NCBI GenBank assembly: GCA_041659985.1
Contig: JBAZXE010000001.1
Location: forward strand, 703-64,702
Direction of reading: 5' to 3'
DNA from: Thermoplasmatota archaeon
GTDB taxonomy: Archaea > Thermoplasmatota > E2 > JACPAO01 > JAHFTW01
Length of the DNA: 64,000 bases
Below, piece after piece: positions 9,244 to 18,737 of this stretch. Both the position numbers and the translations under genes were made by a program. The notes beneath the pieces were generated by a model. That model made no database searches. It saw only the letters and a program-made list of their open reading frames with translations, and was not told the origin of the DNA. Within the stretch, counting starts at the first letter, position 1, and the number at the start of each line of letters is the position of its first letter.

Positions 9244-9519
9244 TCACGGCCGGAAGAAGACCGCGGTGTGGCCGCGCGTCTCGATGAGCAGGCTGTTGGT
9301 TCCCTCGGCCAGGGCCTGGGCCTGGTTGGTGTCGCTGGCGCCGCCTTCCGTGGCCGCGGGCAGGAGGCGGACCTTGACCAGCTTGCGCTTCTTGAGTTGG
9401 GCCGACAACTCCTCGATGGTGGCCGGGGTGACGCCGTTCTTGCCGACGTGCAGGCTGACGTCAATCTGCTGCGCCTCGGCGCGCTTCTGCTGAATCTGCG
9501 AGTTGGTGAGTTTGTCCAT
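9244..9519 (-). CDS. YhbY/CRM-domain RNA-binding protein
   Basis: VGKNGVT, LVKVRLL, RGHTAVF. Confidence 0.9.
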   Translation of the reverse strand: MDKLTNSQIQQKRAEAQQIDVSLHVGKNGVTPATIEELSAQLKKRKLVKVRLLPAATEGGASDTNQAQALAEGTNSLLIETRGHTAVFFRP

Positions 9520-9521
9520 GG

Positions 9522-9866
9522 TTAGGCCTCCGTCTCCGAGCCGGCGGGCTTCGGGCGAGTGTGAAGGGGGCGGCGCGCCACGGCGCCGCAGCGCAGGCAG
9601 GTCGTGGCGAGGCGGCCGCCAGAGAAGCGCGTGCGGCTGGTGACGGCGGTGCGGAAAGCGCCGCAGCCACGGCAGACCTGGGCCTTGGCATCGGCGGGAA
9701 GCCCCGTCTGGTACTTCTGGGCGAGGCGCAGCGAGATTGCAGCGTAGCGGTCGGGCAGGGCGGACGCAGCGTCGGCCAGATGCTCGGACCGAGCCCGCGC
9801 CAGGAGCGTGCGGATGCGACGCTCGGCCACGGCGCGCTCCTCCCCCTTGTCGCGCCGCTTCGCCAT
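9522..9866 (-). CDS. rnp4: RNase P protein component 4 (Rpp21)
   Basis: AERRIRTL, CRGC...CLRCG zinc ribbon; synteny with yhbY. Confidence 0.85.
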   Translation of the reverse strand: MAKRRDKGEERAVAERRIRTLLARARSEHLADAASALPDRYAAISLRLAQKYQTGLPADAKAQVCRGCGAFRTAVTSRTRFSGGRLATTCLRCGAVARRPLHTRPKPAGSETEA

Positions 9867-9921
9867 GCGCATTCCAGGAAGCGGTCCGTTATGAGGCTGG
9901 CGGGCCTGGGCCGCGCCAACA

Positions 9922-10554
9922 ATGCAACGGGCCGCCAACGTGTGGGACCGCTTCTACCGCCACCACGAGGCGCCGTGGCGCGGCGAGCGCCCCGTGGCGG
10001 ACCTTCTGCCCCTCATGGGCGCCGGCCCTGTGCTCGAACTCGGCTGCGGCAACGGCAAGTTGCTGCGGCCGCTGCGCGCGGCGGGCATCGACGCCATCGG
10101 GTTGGACGTGGCCTTCCATGCCTTGCGTCGTCTCGCCGCCGGGACGCCCCGCGTCCTAGCCGACGCCGCAATCCTGCCGTTCCGGGACGCCGCCTTCACG
10201 GCGGTGCTTGACGTCCATTGCACGGGGCACCTCGGAGCGGAAGGCCGCGCGCAAGCCGCGCGGGAGGCCGCGCGCGTGCTGCGCCCTGGAGGCCACCTCG
10301 TCGTCGAACGGCTGACTCCGGCGGACCTGCGTGCCTCGCAAGGCAAGCCCGTCGACGGCGAACCCGGCATGAAGGAAGTCGAAGACGGGCGGCGCACGCA
10401 CTTCGCGTTCGCCGAGGAGCTTGAGGCGGCGTTCGCTGTCGCCGGGTTCACGCCTCTCGGGGGCGATGTGACGCGCCGGGAGCCGGGCCACGGCGGCCGC
10501 CAGGTCGTGCGCGAATCGGTCCGGCTGGCGTTCCGGCTGGACGCCCCGACTTGA
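9922..10554 (+). CDS. Class I SAM-dependent methyltransferase
   Basis: VLELGCGNG, LPFRDAAF, RVLRPGG. Confidence 0.85.
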   Translation: MQRAANVWDRFYRHHEAPWRGERPVADLLPLMGAGPVLELGCGNGKLLRPLRAAGIDAIGLDVAFHALRRLAAGTPRVLADAAILPFRDAAFTAVLDVHCTGHLGAEGRAQAAREAARVLRPGGHLVVERLTPADLRASQGKPVDGEPGMKEVEDGRRTHFAFAEELEAAFAVAGFTPLGGDVTRREPGHGGRQVVRESVRLAFRLDAPT

Positions 10555-10581
10555 CGCGGCCAATCCTCGGTGCCGCCCAGC

Positions 10582-11529
10582 CTACTTGGCGCGGCGCGGA
10601 GCCGTCGGAACGTCTGCGACGCCTTCGACGAGGGCGATGAACTCCAGGTTGGCGGCGCCCTTGGGGGCCTTGGCGCTCGTCGCCGTGACGAGGACGGCCT
10701 GACGGGTGCCTTGCGCGGCGTCGTGCGGCGCGATAATGACGAGGCTGAGTTCCTGCGCCTGCCCAGGTTCGAGCACGAGTTCGGGGACCGGCAGGAACGC
10801 CGCCCAGCCCTCCTGCACCGCGGAGACGGCCAGCAACACGGTGTCGGTGTCGCGAGCCAGTCCTTCAATGCGGAACGGGAAGGCGACCTTGCCTCCGGGC
10901 ACCACAGACAGTTCGCGTGTGTCGGAGGCCAAGCGCACCAAGGCGCGGCGTGCGGACACGGTAAGGATGACGGCGACGAGGACGGCCGCAACAAGCAGGA
11001 GCAGCACGACGTAGATCCACGGCCCGAGGGTTTCCATCACGTTGCGCGTGAGGGAGTTGCGGACCTCGATGCGCAGAGGGGCACTGTCGGTGGCGGTCTG
11101 CGCCGTCTGGGGGTTCTGCCCGAGGATGGGGTCGAGACCTTCGAGCGGGGAGACCAGCACGGCGATGACGGTCAGGGCCGCTTCTTTGCTGTCGGCGTCG
11201 GGCGCAACCTGGACCTTGATCTTGACGGCCTGCGAGGCGCCCGGGGCCAACTCGAAGCTGGATGGCTCGGCGCTGACGGTCCATCCGGCCGGGATGCCAT
11301 CGATGGTCACGGCGACGTCGGCCTTCGACTGTTGCTCGATGCCCGGAACCAGCGGACTGTTGTTCTTGACGGTGAACTCGAAGGTCACCTGGTCGACGCT
11401 CACGGTCCCGCTGTCGGCCTTGCCCGAAATCTCGACGGCGGGGCTGGTCGACGGCGTCTGCGCCTGGATGGACGCTGCCGCAAGCAGGGCCACCAGGAGA
11501 ATCAGGAGGGGGCTGGCCGCGATGCGCAC
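10582..11529 (-). CDS. Single-pass membrane protein with two Ig-like (NEW3/CARDB-like) domains
   Basis: Signal peptide; PAGW..ELAPGASQ and EGW..VLEPGQAQ repeats on either side of a TM. Confidence 0.7.
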   Translation of the reverse strand: MRIAASPLLILLVALLAAASIQAQTPSTSPAVEISGKADSGTVSVDQVTFEFTVKNNSPLVPGIEQQSKADVAVTIDGIPAGWTVSAEPSSFELAPGASQAVKIKVQVAPDADSKEAALTVIAVLVSPLEGLDPILGQNPQTAQTATDSAPLRIEVRNSLTRNVMETLGPWIYVVLLLLVAAVLVAVILTVSARRALVRLASDTRELSVVPGGKVAFPFRIEGLARDTDTVLLAVSAVQEGWAAFLPVPELVLEPGQAQELSLVIIAPHDAAQGTRQAVLVTATSAKAPKGAANLEFIALVEGVADVPTAPRRAK

Positions 11530-11618
11530 GACAAGCCATTTGTGCCGGGGTCTTGAAAGGCATGGTGGCCAAGGCCCCCGCCGCCAACCTCTTGAGCCGG
11601 ACGGGCCCTCGACGGGCG

Positions 11619-12365
11619 TTGACGCGGATGCTCTACATGGAAGGCGGGTTGGAGCGCTGCTATGACCGCACGTTCTCGGCGCGCGTCCTCGAGGCCAAGC
11701 CGGACTACGTCATCCTCGACCAGACCTTGTTCTACCCGCTGGGTGGGGGTCAGGAATGGGATACCGGACTCCTGCGCGTCGCCGACGGCCGGGAGGCTCG
11801 CGTGGCCGAGGTCACCAAACGCGGACCGGTCAAGCATGTCCTGGGTCCTGGCCACGTCCTGCAGGCCGGCGACGAAGTGCAGGGCACGATTGACTGGAGT
11901 CGCCGATACGCGCACATGCGCATGCACACGGCGCAGCACCTGGTGTCCGGACTTGCCTACGAGTTGTTCGGCGGCCCGCGCACGGTGGGCAACCAGATCC
12001 ACGCCGAGCGCAGCCGCATCGACTTCAACCCGGTGAACTTCACCAACGAGATGCTCAAAGACCTCGAGTCGGCCTCCAACGACGCCATCCGGGCCGGGTA
12101 CGCCGTCGCCACGTCGAGCATGACGCGGGACGAGGTCAACGCCGAGCTGCCGCCGGAGCGAACCAACATGGACCTCCTGCCGAAATCGGTGACCGACTTG
12201 CGCGTCATCCGCATCGGCAGCGACATCGATTTGTGCCCTTGCGCCGGCACCCATGTCCAGAACACGAAGGAGATTGGCGAGGTGCGCATCCTGTCGCGGA
12301 CCTCGAAGGGCTCGGGGACGCAGCGCATCGAGTACACCCTCGAGGCCCCGCCTGGTTCCACCTGA
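11619..12365 (+). CDS. alaX: AlaX alanyl-tRNA editing protein
   Basis: FYPLGGGQ, HTAQH, CAGTH; TTG start (ATG alternative at 11628). Confidence 0.9.
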   Translation: MTRMLYMEGGLERCYDRTFSARVLEAKPDYVILDQTLFYPLGGGQEWDTGLLRVADGREARVAEVTKRGPVKHVLGPGHVLQAGDEVQGTIDWSRRYAHMRMHTAQHLVSGLAYELFGGPRTVGNQIHAERSRIDFNPVNFTNEMLKDLESASNDAIRAGYAVATSSMTRDEVNAELPPERTNMDLLPKSVTDLRVIRIGSDIDLCPCAGTHVQNTKEIGEVRILSRTSKGSGTQRIEYTLEAPPGST

Positions 12366-12395
12366 ACCGGCCCCCTCCAAACCACTCCCCCAAGG

Positions 12396-12458
12396 CAATA
12401 GAAGCAATAGAATATTGAGATTAGGGTCTTGTCGGGGCCCAGTTCGTGCTCTATTGAG
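12396..12458 (+). promoter_or_regulatory. AT-rich promoter with repeated CAATAG/CTATTGAG motifs upstream of DUF47-pit
   Basis: CAATAG 12396 and 12405, TATTGAG 12413, CTATTGAG 12451. Confidence 0.5.
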
Positions 12459-12461
12459 ACT

Positions 12462-13094
12462 ATGGGATTCAAGGAATGGATCATCCCGCAGGACCGCGTC
12501 TTCTACGATCTGCTGGAACGCCTCGGCAAGCACACGCACGACATCACGGCCGAGTTCAAGTTCCTCATGTCGCACTGGAGCAACCTCGAGGTCGAGCGCC
12601 AGAAGATCAAAGCCATCGAGCATGAGGCCGACACGGTCATGCACGACATCTTCGACCGCCTCAACCGGACCTTCATCACGCCGCTCGACCGCGAGGACAT
12701 CGCGCGTCTGGCTCACTCGCTCGACGAGGTCATCGACGCCATCTACGCCGCGACGAACCGCCTCGTCCTGTTCAACATCCCCGAGCCCACGCCGGAGATG
12801 ATGCAGTTCACCAACATCCTGGAGGCCCAGGTGAAGGAGCTCGTCGGCGGCATCAACTCGTTGCGCAAACCGTCCACGATGGCGAAGGCCATCCTGCCGC
12901 ACGCCGTCGAGATGCACCGTCTCGAGAACGACGCGGACAAGCTGCTCTACAAGATCACGGCGGAGCTGTTCAAGGGAACCGACGCCGTCCACATCATGAA
13001 GTACAAGGAACTGTACGAATTCCTCGAGTACGCCACGGACAGCTGCGAGGACGTCGCCAACGTCCTGCAGGACGTCGTCCGCAAGCACGGGTAG
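12462..13094 (+). CDS. DUF47 phosphate-transport regulator (PhoU-like)
   Basis: EHEAD, FITPLDREDI, ENDAD; adjacent to pit. Confidence 0.92.
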   Translation: MGFKEWIIPQDRVFYDLLERLGKHTHDITAEFKFLMSHWSNLEVERQKIKAIEHEADTVMHDIFDRLNRTFITPLDREDIARLAHSLDEVIDAIYAATNRLVLFNIPEPTPEMMQFTNILEAQVKELVGGINSLRKPSTMAKAILPHAVEMHRLENDADKLLYKITAELFKGTDAVHIMKYKELYEFLEYATDSCEDVANVLQDVVRKHG

Positions 13095-13101
13095 GCGCCA
13101 A

Positions 13102-14289
13102 ATGATCGACTGGCTGGCCCTTGGGCCCTTGCTCATCTTTGCCATCCTGGTGGCGTTGATCTTCGACTTCTACAACGGCTTGCATGACGCGGCCAATTCC
13201 ATCGCGACCGTCGTCGCCACGCGCGCCCTGCCGGTGTGGGCGGCCCTCATCCTCGCGAGCGCCGCCAACTTTGTGGGCGCCTTCTGGGGACTCGAGGTGG
13301 CGAACACGGTCGGCAAGATCATTCCGGTGGAAATCGTCACCGTGCACATGATCATCGCCGCCTTGCTGGGCGCGATCTTCTGGAGCGTGCTGACGGTCAT
13401 CCTGGGGCTGCCCATCTCGAGCAGCCACTCCCTCATCGGCGGCCTGCTTGGCGCAGCCATCGCGGCAGCCGGCTTTGGCGCCATCGACTGGCCGACCGGG
13501 GCATCCATGGCACCGACGTGGGCCGTCCTGTGGTCAGGCGCCTGGAAAGGGGCCATCCTGGGCTTGGTGGTAGGTCTGCTGGCGCGCAAGAAAAACCCGC
13601 TGCCGTATGTGTTCCTCGGCGCCTGGTTCGTCTCGGCCGTCTATCTCGTCTGGGCCATTTTCACGGAGTCCATCAAGATTCCCCGCCTCGGCGCGACGGT
13701 CCTGTTCATCGCGTACAGCCCCTTCATCGGCTTCTGTCTCGCCTTCATCTCGGGCGCCCTCATCACCTGGGTCGTGTACAAAGCGCCGGCGGGCAAGGTC
13801 AAGGGCGTCTTCCGCGTGCTGCAGATCGGCTCGTCCGCGTTCTACTCGCTTGGGCATGGCCGCAACGACGCGCAGAAGACCATGGGCGTCATCGCCGCGC
13901 TGCTCATCGCCGGCGGCGTGACGGCCGAGTTCCATGTGCCGCGCGAAGTCATCTTCGCGTCCGGCGCCGCCATCGCGTTGGGCACCATCCTGGGCGGCTA
14001 CAAGATTGTGCGCACGATGGGAACCAAATTGACCCACCTTGACACACGACAGGGGTTCATCGCGGAGACGTCCAGCGCGCTCGGCTTGCACTTCATGGCC
14101 GAGCATGGCGTCCCGGTTTCGACGACCCACAGCATCACGGGCGCCATCCTCGGCGTCGGGGCATTGCAGCGCATTTCGGCGGTCTCGTGGGGGACGGCGC
14201 GCCGCATCGTCATGGCCTGGATCATCACCATCCCCCTGGCGGCCGGCGTTGCCGCAGTGTGCTATTGGGGCCTCGATTTCGTCCTGTAA
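13102..14289 (+). CDS. pit: PiT-family inorganic phosphate transporter
   Basis: NGLHDAANSIAT, GHGRNDAQK, PVSTTH. Confidence 0.95.
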   Translation: MIDWLALGPLLIFAILVALIFDFYNGLHDAANSIATVVATRALPVWAALILASAANFVGAFWGLEVANTVGKIIPVEIVTVHMIIAALLGAIFWSVLTVILGLPISSSHSLIGGLLGAAIAAAGFGAIDWPTGASMAPTWAVLWSGAWKGAILGLVVGLLARKKNPLPYVFLGAWFVSAVYLVWAIFTESIKIPRLGATVLFIAYSPFIGFCLAFISGALITWVVYKAPAGKVKGVFRVLQIGSSAFYSLGHGRNDAQKTMGVIAALLIAGGVTAEFHVPREVIFASGAAIALGTILGGYKIVRTMGTKLTHLDTRQGFIAETSSALGLHFMAEHGVPVSTTHSITGAILGVGALQRISAVSWGTARRIVMAWIITIPLAAGVAAVCYWGLDFVL

Positions 14290-14307
14290 TGGCTAAGGGC
14301 CCTCTAA

Positions 14308-14350
14308 CAATATTCTATATAGAATCAAGGGCAATGCCCTATCCAATATA
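14308..14350 (+). promoter_or_regulatory. AT-rich promoter with perfect 14-bp palindrome ATTCTATATAGAAT
   Basis: Palindrome 14312-14325; AGGGCA-A-TGCCCT 14328-14340. Confidence 0.5.
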
Positions 14351-14366
14351 GTGGACAGTCATGGTC

Positions 14367-15389
14367 ATGGAACTACGAAAGATCCAGGTCACGGGCGGGT
14401 CGACGCACGTGGTGAGCCTGCCGAAGAAGTGGGTCGACCGCACCGGACTCGGACGCTCCGACACCGTCGCCATCCATGAGGAACCCGATGGTTCCCTGCT
14501 GCTCATTCCGCACTCGGAAGGAAAGATGGCCAGCCGCACCCTGACGGTCAACCTCCCCGACCTCCCCTCCGAGGAGGAGGTCATCCGCCGCCTGGTGGGC
14601 GCCTACCTCGCGGGTGCCGACGAGATCCATATCCGCTCGGCGCACAAAATGGACCCGAAGGTCCGCCAGATCATCCGCGACATCACGCGCGACCTGGTCG
14701 GCGTCGAGATCCTCGAGGAGTCGGCCAACGCGATGACGCTGCAGGACCTCGTCGGGGTCGCCGACATGGACCTGCGCAAGACCCTCACCCGCATGCAGCG
14801 CATCGCCCGCATCATGTACGACGACGCGGTAACCGCTTTGCAGGCCCGCGACATCGAAAGCGCCCACCTGGTGGCGCAGCGTGATGATGAGCTGGACCGC
14901 CTGTTGTGGATGGTCTCCAAGCAGATGCACGCCCTCCTGGAACAGCCGCGCCTGGCCGCCAAGCTTTCGGTTCGCCCCGCGGAGGCCCTCAACCTGTTCC
15001 TTGCCGCCCGTTCCCTGGAACGCATGGGCGACCACGCCGCGAAGATCTGCCAAAACGTCGTCGAACTCAAGGGCGACACGGTGCCCAAGGCCGTCATCGA
15101 GAACCTCGTGGCACAGGCCGACACCGTGCGCAAAATCTGGGACGACGCGTTCACCAGCCTGAAGCGCCCCGACTTCGACACCGCCAGCGCCGCCGCCGAC
15201 CGTGGCGAAGAGGCCGCCAAGTGGCGCAAGACATTCCCGGCCCTGGTGCGCGGCCTCGACTACGAATCGGTCGGGCCTCTCGTGCTCATCGCCGACTCCA
15301 TCGACCGCACCCGTGGCTACGCCATCGACCTCGCGGAGACGGCGATGAACCAGACCTTCCAGCAGCTCGGCAACCAGAAGCCCAACTGA
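14367..15389 (+). CDS. phoU: Archaeal phosphate uptake regulator (AbrB domain plus PhoU repeats)
   Basis: MELRKIQVTGGSTHVVSLPKKW, DDELDR, LERMGDHA. Confidence 0.92.
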   Translation: MELRKIQVTGGSTHVVSLPKKWVDRTGLGRSDTVAIHEEPDGSLLLIPHSEGKMASRTLTVNLPDLPSEEEVIRRLVGAYLAGADEIHIRSAHKMDPKVRQIIRDITRDLVGVEILEESANAMTLQDLVGVADMDLRKTLTRMQRIARIMYDDAVTALQARDIESAHLVAQRDDELDRLLWMVSKQMHALLEQPRLAAKLSVRPAEALNLFLAARSLERMGDHAAKICQNVVELKGDTVPKAVIENLVAQADTVRKIWDDAFTSLKRPDFDTASAAADRGEEAAKWRKTFPALVRGLDYESVGPLVLIADSIDRTRGYAIDLAETAMNQTFQQLGNQKPN

Positions 15390-15559
15390 TTGCCGGATTC
15401 CGCCTGATTCGCCGGATTCGGCTGGCCGTTTGGCCTTGCCAACCATCCAATCGCCTCCACCCGTCAAATGGTTCCATGGGCTGCATCGGAAAGCAACCCT
15501 TATCCCCACTTTCTGAGGTCTACGGGATGGATGGGAATGCAACAAGCGGAGGCTTTGCC

Positions 15560-16192
15560 ATGCTAAAGCTCATGAGCGCCAGCCTCGCCAAGTGGCTGGG
15601 CGGATTCTTCGGGAAGAAGCACGCGCGCATTGGCATCTACGGGCCGCCCAATGCCGGCAAGACGACCCTGGCGAACCGCATCGCCCGCGACTTCACCGGC
15701 GAGACCATCGGCTCCGCCAGCCCCGTGCCACACGAAACGCGTCGCGTCCGCAAGAAGGCCGACATCGAGCTCAAGTCCAACGGCTCCCGCCTGCACATCG
15801 ACGTCATCGTCACGCCCGGCATCGCCACCCAAATCGACTTCCACGAGTTCGTCGAGGACCACGGCATGAACGAGGAGGAGGCCCGCCGCCGCGCCAAGGA
15901 AGCCACCGAGGGCGTCATCGAGGCCATCCGCTGGCTCGACGACGTCGACGGCGTCCTGTTGGTGATGGATTGCGCAGAAGATCCCTTCACGCAGGTCAAC
16001 GTCACCATCCTGGGCAACCTCGAGGCGCGCAAGCTCCCCGTCATCATCATCGCCAACAAGATCGACTTGGCCGAGGCCAGCCCCGCGACTCTCAAAGCCG
16101 CCTTCCCGCAGCACCCCGTGGTCCCCGTCTCCGCCGGCGAGGGCACCAACATGGACGCGCTGTACGAGGCCATCACCAAGCACTTCCGGTGA
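15560..16192 (+). CDS. oapA: Era-like small GTPase OapA/ArvA (G3 reads VTPG)
   Basis: GPPNAGKT, PHETR, EATEGV, ANKID; first gene of the conserved trio. Confidence 0.88.
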   Translation: MLKLMSASLAKWLGGFFGKKHARIGIYGPPNAGKTTLANRIARDFTGETIGSASPVPHETRRVRKKADIELKSNGSRLHIDVIVTPGIATQIDFHEFVEDHGMNEEEARRRAKEATEGVIEAIRWLDDVDGVLLVMDCAEDPFTQVNVTILGNLEARKLPVIIIANKIDLAEASPATLKAAFPQHPVVPVSAGEGTNMDALYEAITKHFR

Positions 16193-16196
16193 CCGC

Positions 16197-16631
16197 ATGA
16201 GCCCGCCACCCCCGCCGACCGCCGCCAGCACCGTGGGACAACAGCTCATGGCCGCCGCGCCCGCCATCCACCTCATCAGCCACGAGACCGTGGAACGCAT
16301 GGGCACCGAGGAGAAGATCCGATTCATCCTCGACGAAGTCGAGGCCGGCAAGGTCCTCGTCCTGGAGCGCGGTCTCACCCCGCAAGAGGAAGCCAAGCTC
16401 ATCGAGCAGACGATGCGCGAGGTCGACCCCGACCACTTCATCGGCATCGAGATGCAAAGCTACGGCATGGACCGCGGCAAGAACCTGCTGCAGCGCGTCG
16501 CCATGGGCGGCCCGCGCCCCCGCATGGCCGTCATCGGCCCCGCCAGTCTCCTCAAGCTCGTGTCGAAAGACAACGAGAAAATCGTCACGAAGATCATCGG
16601 CCAGGACGGCAAGCCCACTCCGGCGGCCTGA
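16197..16631 (+). CDS. oapB: OapB/ArvB (DUF2073) protein
   Basis: EKIRFILD, LERGLTPQEEAKLIEQTM, VIGPA. Confidence 0.85.
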   Translation: MSPPPPPTAASTVGQQLMAAAPAIHLISHETVERMGTEEKIRFILDEVEAGKVLVLERGLTPQEEAKLIEQTMREVDPDHFIGIEMQSYGMDRGKNLLQRVAMGGPRPRMAVIGPASLLKLVSKDNEKIVTKIIGQDGKPTPAA

Positions 16632-16633
16632 GC

Positions 16634-17206
16634 ATGGCCCACCAATGCCTCACCTGCGGCCACCTGTTTCCGGAAGGCTCCAGCGCCATCCTGCAGGGTT
16701 GCCCAGGTTGCAAGGGCACCCGCTTCTTCTACACGCAAGCGCCGCTGCCGGAGGCCGAACGCATGGCCCTGGCTGACCGCGCGCAGAAGGACCTGCGCCA
16801 AGTCGTCGCCGAACTGCTCAAGTCGAGCGCCGAAGGCGACAGCGACCTGCAGAAGAAAATGAAGTCCGGCCAGCTGCGCCCGGCGGACTTGCGCGGCCTC
16901 GTCAAGCAGGTCGCCGAGACGCAGGCCCGCGCCGAACGCAACGCCCAACCCAACTGGGAAAACCCGGACGTCAAGCCGTTCGTCGTGCACGCCAAGGTCG
17001 AGGCGGCCAAGGCGCGCATCGAAGCGGAACTGAAGGAGGCCTCCAAGGCCCCCGTGCACCCGGACACCGTCAACATCCGCAAGCCGGGACAGTACGAGAT
17101 CGACGTCGGCGCCCTACTGGAAGGAAACCCCATCGTCGTCCACCGCGACGGCGCGTACCACATCCACCTGGCGAGCCTGTTCGACCAAGGCCGCTCCAAG
17201 GCCTGA
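16634..17206 (+). CDS. oapC: OapC/ArvC zinc-ribbon protein (DUF2072)
   Basis: HQCLTCG...GCPGCKG..F; PGQYEID. Confidence 0.85.
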   Translation: MAHQCLTCGHLFPEGSSAILQGCPGCKGTRFFYTQAPLPEAERMALADRAQKDLRQVVAELLKSSAEGDSDLQKKMKSGQLRPADLRGLVKQVAETQARAERNAQPNWENPDVKPFVVHAKVEAAKARIEAELKEASKAPVHPDTVNIRKPGQYEIDVGALLEGNPIVVHRDGAYHIHLASLFDQGRSKA

Positions 17207-17267
17207 CCTTCGGCCACGACGCCGAGGCCGGAAACCTTCATCGACTGGCGCGCCCCATCGGGAGGTC

Positions 17268-17558
17268 GTGCCTGCGCCGCCCGAGCTCCCGGAGGCCTGG
17301 GCCACGCCGCCGAAGTCCGCCACTGCGGCCCCGCGGCCCGACGCCTTCACCCTCGAACTGCCGCAGTCGAAGGCCATCGCGCGCCTGCGCTACGAGGAGA
17401 CCGACCGCGCCCTCGTCGTCGAGTTTCGCAACGGCACCGTGTACCGCTACTTCGGCGTCTCGCGCGACGACTACACCAAACTGGCCACCTCGGCGTCGCC
17501 AGGGGCGCGCTTCAACCAGGACATCCAGCCGTACCACGAGTTCGAGCGCTTGGCTTGA
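17268..17558 (+). CDS. KTSC-domain protein
   Basis: LVVEFRNGTVYRYFGV...SPGARFNQDI. Confidence 0.85.
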   Translation: MPAPPELPEAWATPPKSATAAPRPDAFTLELPQSKAIARLRYEETDRALVVEFRNGTVYRYFGVSRDDYTKLATSASPGARFNQDIQPYHEFERLA

Positions 17559-17642
17559 TTCGACGGAGGGCCGGGATTCGCCGGATGTTGCAACGGGAGC
17601 AACGGAATCCGGCGAATCCGGGCAGCAATCCGGGAATCAGGG
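17557..17642. repeat. Family A 9-bp-period palindromic repeat
   Basis: gattcgacg...gattcgccg then gaatccggc gaatccggg ... aatccggg aatcagg. Confidence 0.6.
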
Positions 17643-17718
17643 CAGGGTGCGCAGCCTTCTTATCGGGACCCTTTGTGGCGCGGATTGCGTCGACCTGGGG
17701 AACCGGGCAACCGGTCAC

Positions 17719-17791
17719 GGGCTCATGGTCTAGCGGTTATGACAGCGCTCTCACACAGCGCAGGTCACCGGTTCAAATCCGGTTGAGCCCA
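17719..17791 (+). tRNA. tRNA-Val(CAC)
   Basis: GGGCTCA/TGAGCCC acceptor, GCGCT-CTCACAC-AGCGC anticodon arm, GGTTCAAATCC. Confidence 0.95.
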
Positions 17792-17881
17792 CTGCCGACG
17801 CCCCTCCAACAGGATTGAGGCTTGTTTGGTGGGTCCGCCCGCAGCGGACCCGCCAGCGGTTTCGAAAGGGCGCAGCCCTTT

Positions 17882-17909
17882 CGGTTCAAATCCGGTTGAG
17901 CCCACTGCC
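17882..17909 (+). repeat. 28-bp direct repeat of the tRNA-Val 3' end
   Basis: CGGTTCAAATCCGGTTGAGCCCACTGCC is identical to 17769-17796. Confidence 0.9.
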
Positions 17910-18021
17910 CGCGTCCACGGACAACGGCTAAATGGGGTCCCCAAGTCGGCGCACCAAGCACCCAGACCCGCGCGTCGGGGTGGTGACCGTGGGACCGGCG
18001 AGGCCGGGACCACCGAAGAAA

Positions 18022-18094
18022 GCCCGAGTAGTGTAGCGGCCTATCATGGGACCCTGTCACGGTTCCGACCTGGGTTCAAATCCCAGCTCGGGCG
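18022..18094 (+). tRNA. tRNA-Asp(GTC)
   Basis: GCCCGAG/CTCGGGC acceptor, loop CTGTCAC, GGTTCAAATCC. Confidence 0.95.
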
Positions 18095-18114
18095 CTTTCC
18101 AGCACGGCGGCGGT

Positions 18115-18624
18115 TCAGGGGAACACGCGGCTCAGCAGCATCAGGAGCATGGCGGTTGCGACCATCGTGACGCCGTGGAGTCCGGCCTTGCCGAGTTTCT
18201 GGCCCATCGCGCCGATTTGCGCGGATTGCTCCTTGGTCGGGTGGCCCTTGAGGCTCTTGCACAACGCGATGAGCTTGCGCTCCGTTGGCATGTTGACCGT
18301 CAGGCCATGGAGGAAGGCCAGGACCGCCATGATGGAACCGAGGGTCAGCCACAGGCCCCGCCCGCTGAACGTCTCGATGGAATCGTCGGCCATGAGCTGG
18401 CCGTAGAGCGCTCCGCCGAACAGAATTGTAAGAATCCCCGAGATGGCAAAGAAGCGACCGATGCCGCCCTTCTGCATGAGGGCGACCACGAAGCCGCCGG
18501 CCGCCGGCCCTGCTGCCATGAGTCCGCGCCCGATGACGAGGACCTGGTAGACGCCGGCGCCGAACCACAGGCTGGCGAACAGGACATGGCCGAGAATGAG
18601 CAGGCCGTAAGGCTCGAATCCCAT
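18115..18624 (-). CDS. Four-TM membrane protein of unknown function
   Basis: Hydrophobic helices, HVLFASLWFG. Confidence 0.75.
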   Translation of the reverse strand: MGFEPYGLLILGHVLFASLWFGAGVYQVLVIGRGLMAAGPAAGGFVVALMQKGGIGRFFAISGILTILFGGALYGQLMADDSIETFSGRGLWLTLGSIMAVLAFLHGLTVNMPTERKLIALCKSLKGHPTKEQSAQIGAMGQKLGKAGLHGVTMVATAMLLMLLSRVFP

Positions 18625-18737
18625 GGCACGGCGGACGCGCCCCTCGAAAGAAGGCCTTGCCGCTCCTATCGGGGTCGGGGCCGGGCAATGCCTAAATACG
18701 GCCCCCTTGTCGGCCGCCAAGCCCAAGAGGGATTGCC

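Noticed and set aside
15390..15559. Replication origin upstream of oapA
   Set aside because: No ORB-like repeats, no long AT-rich unwinding element and no cdc6.
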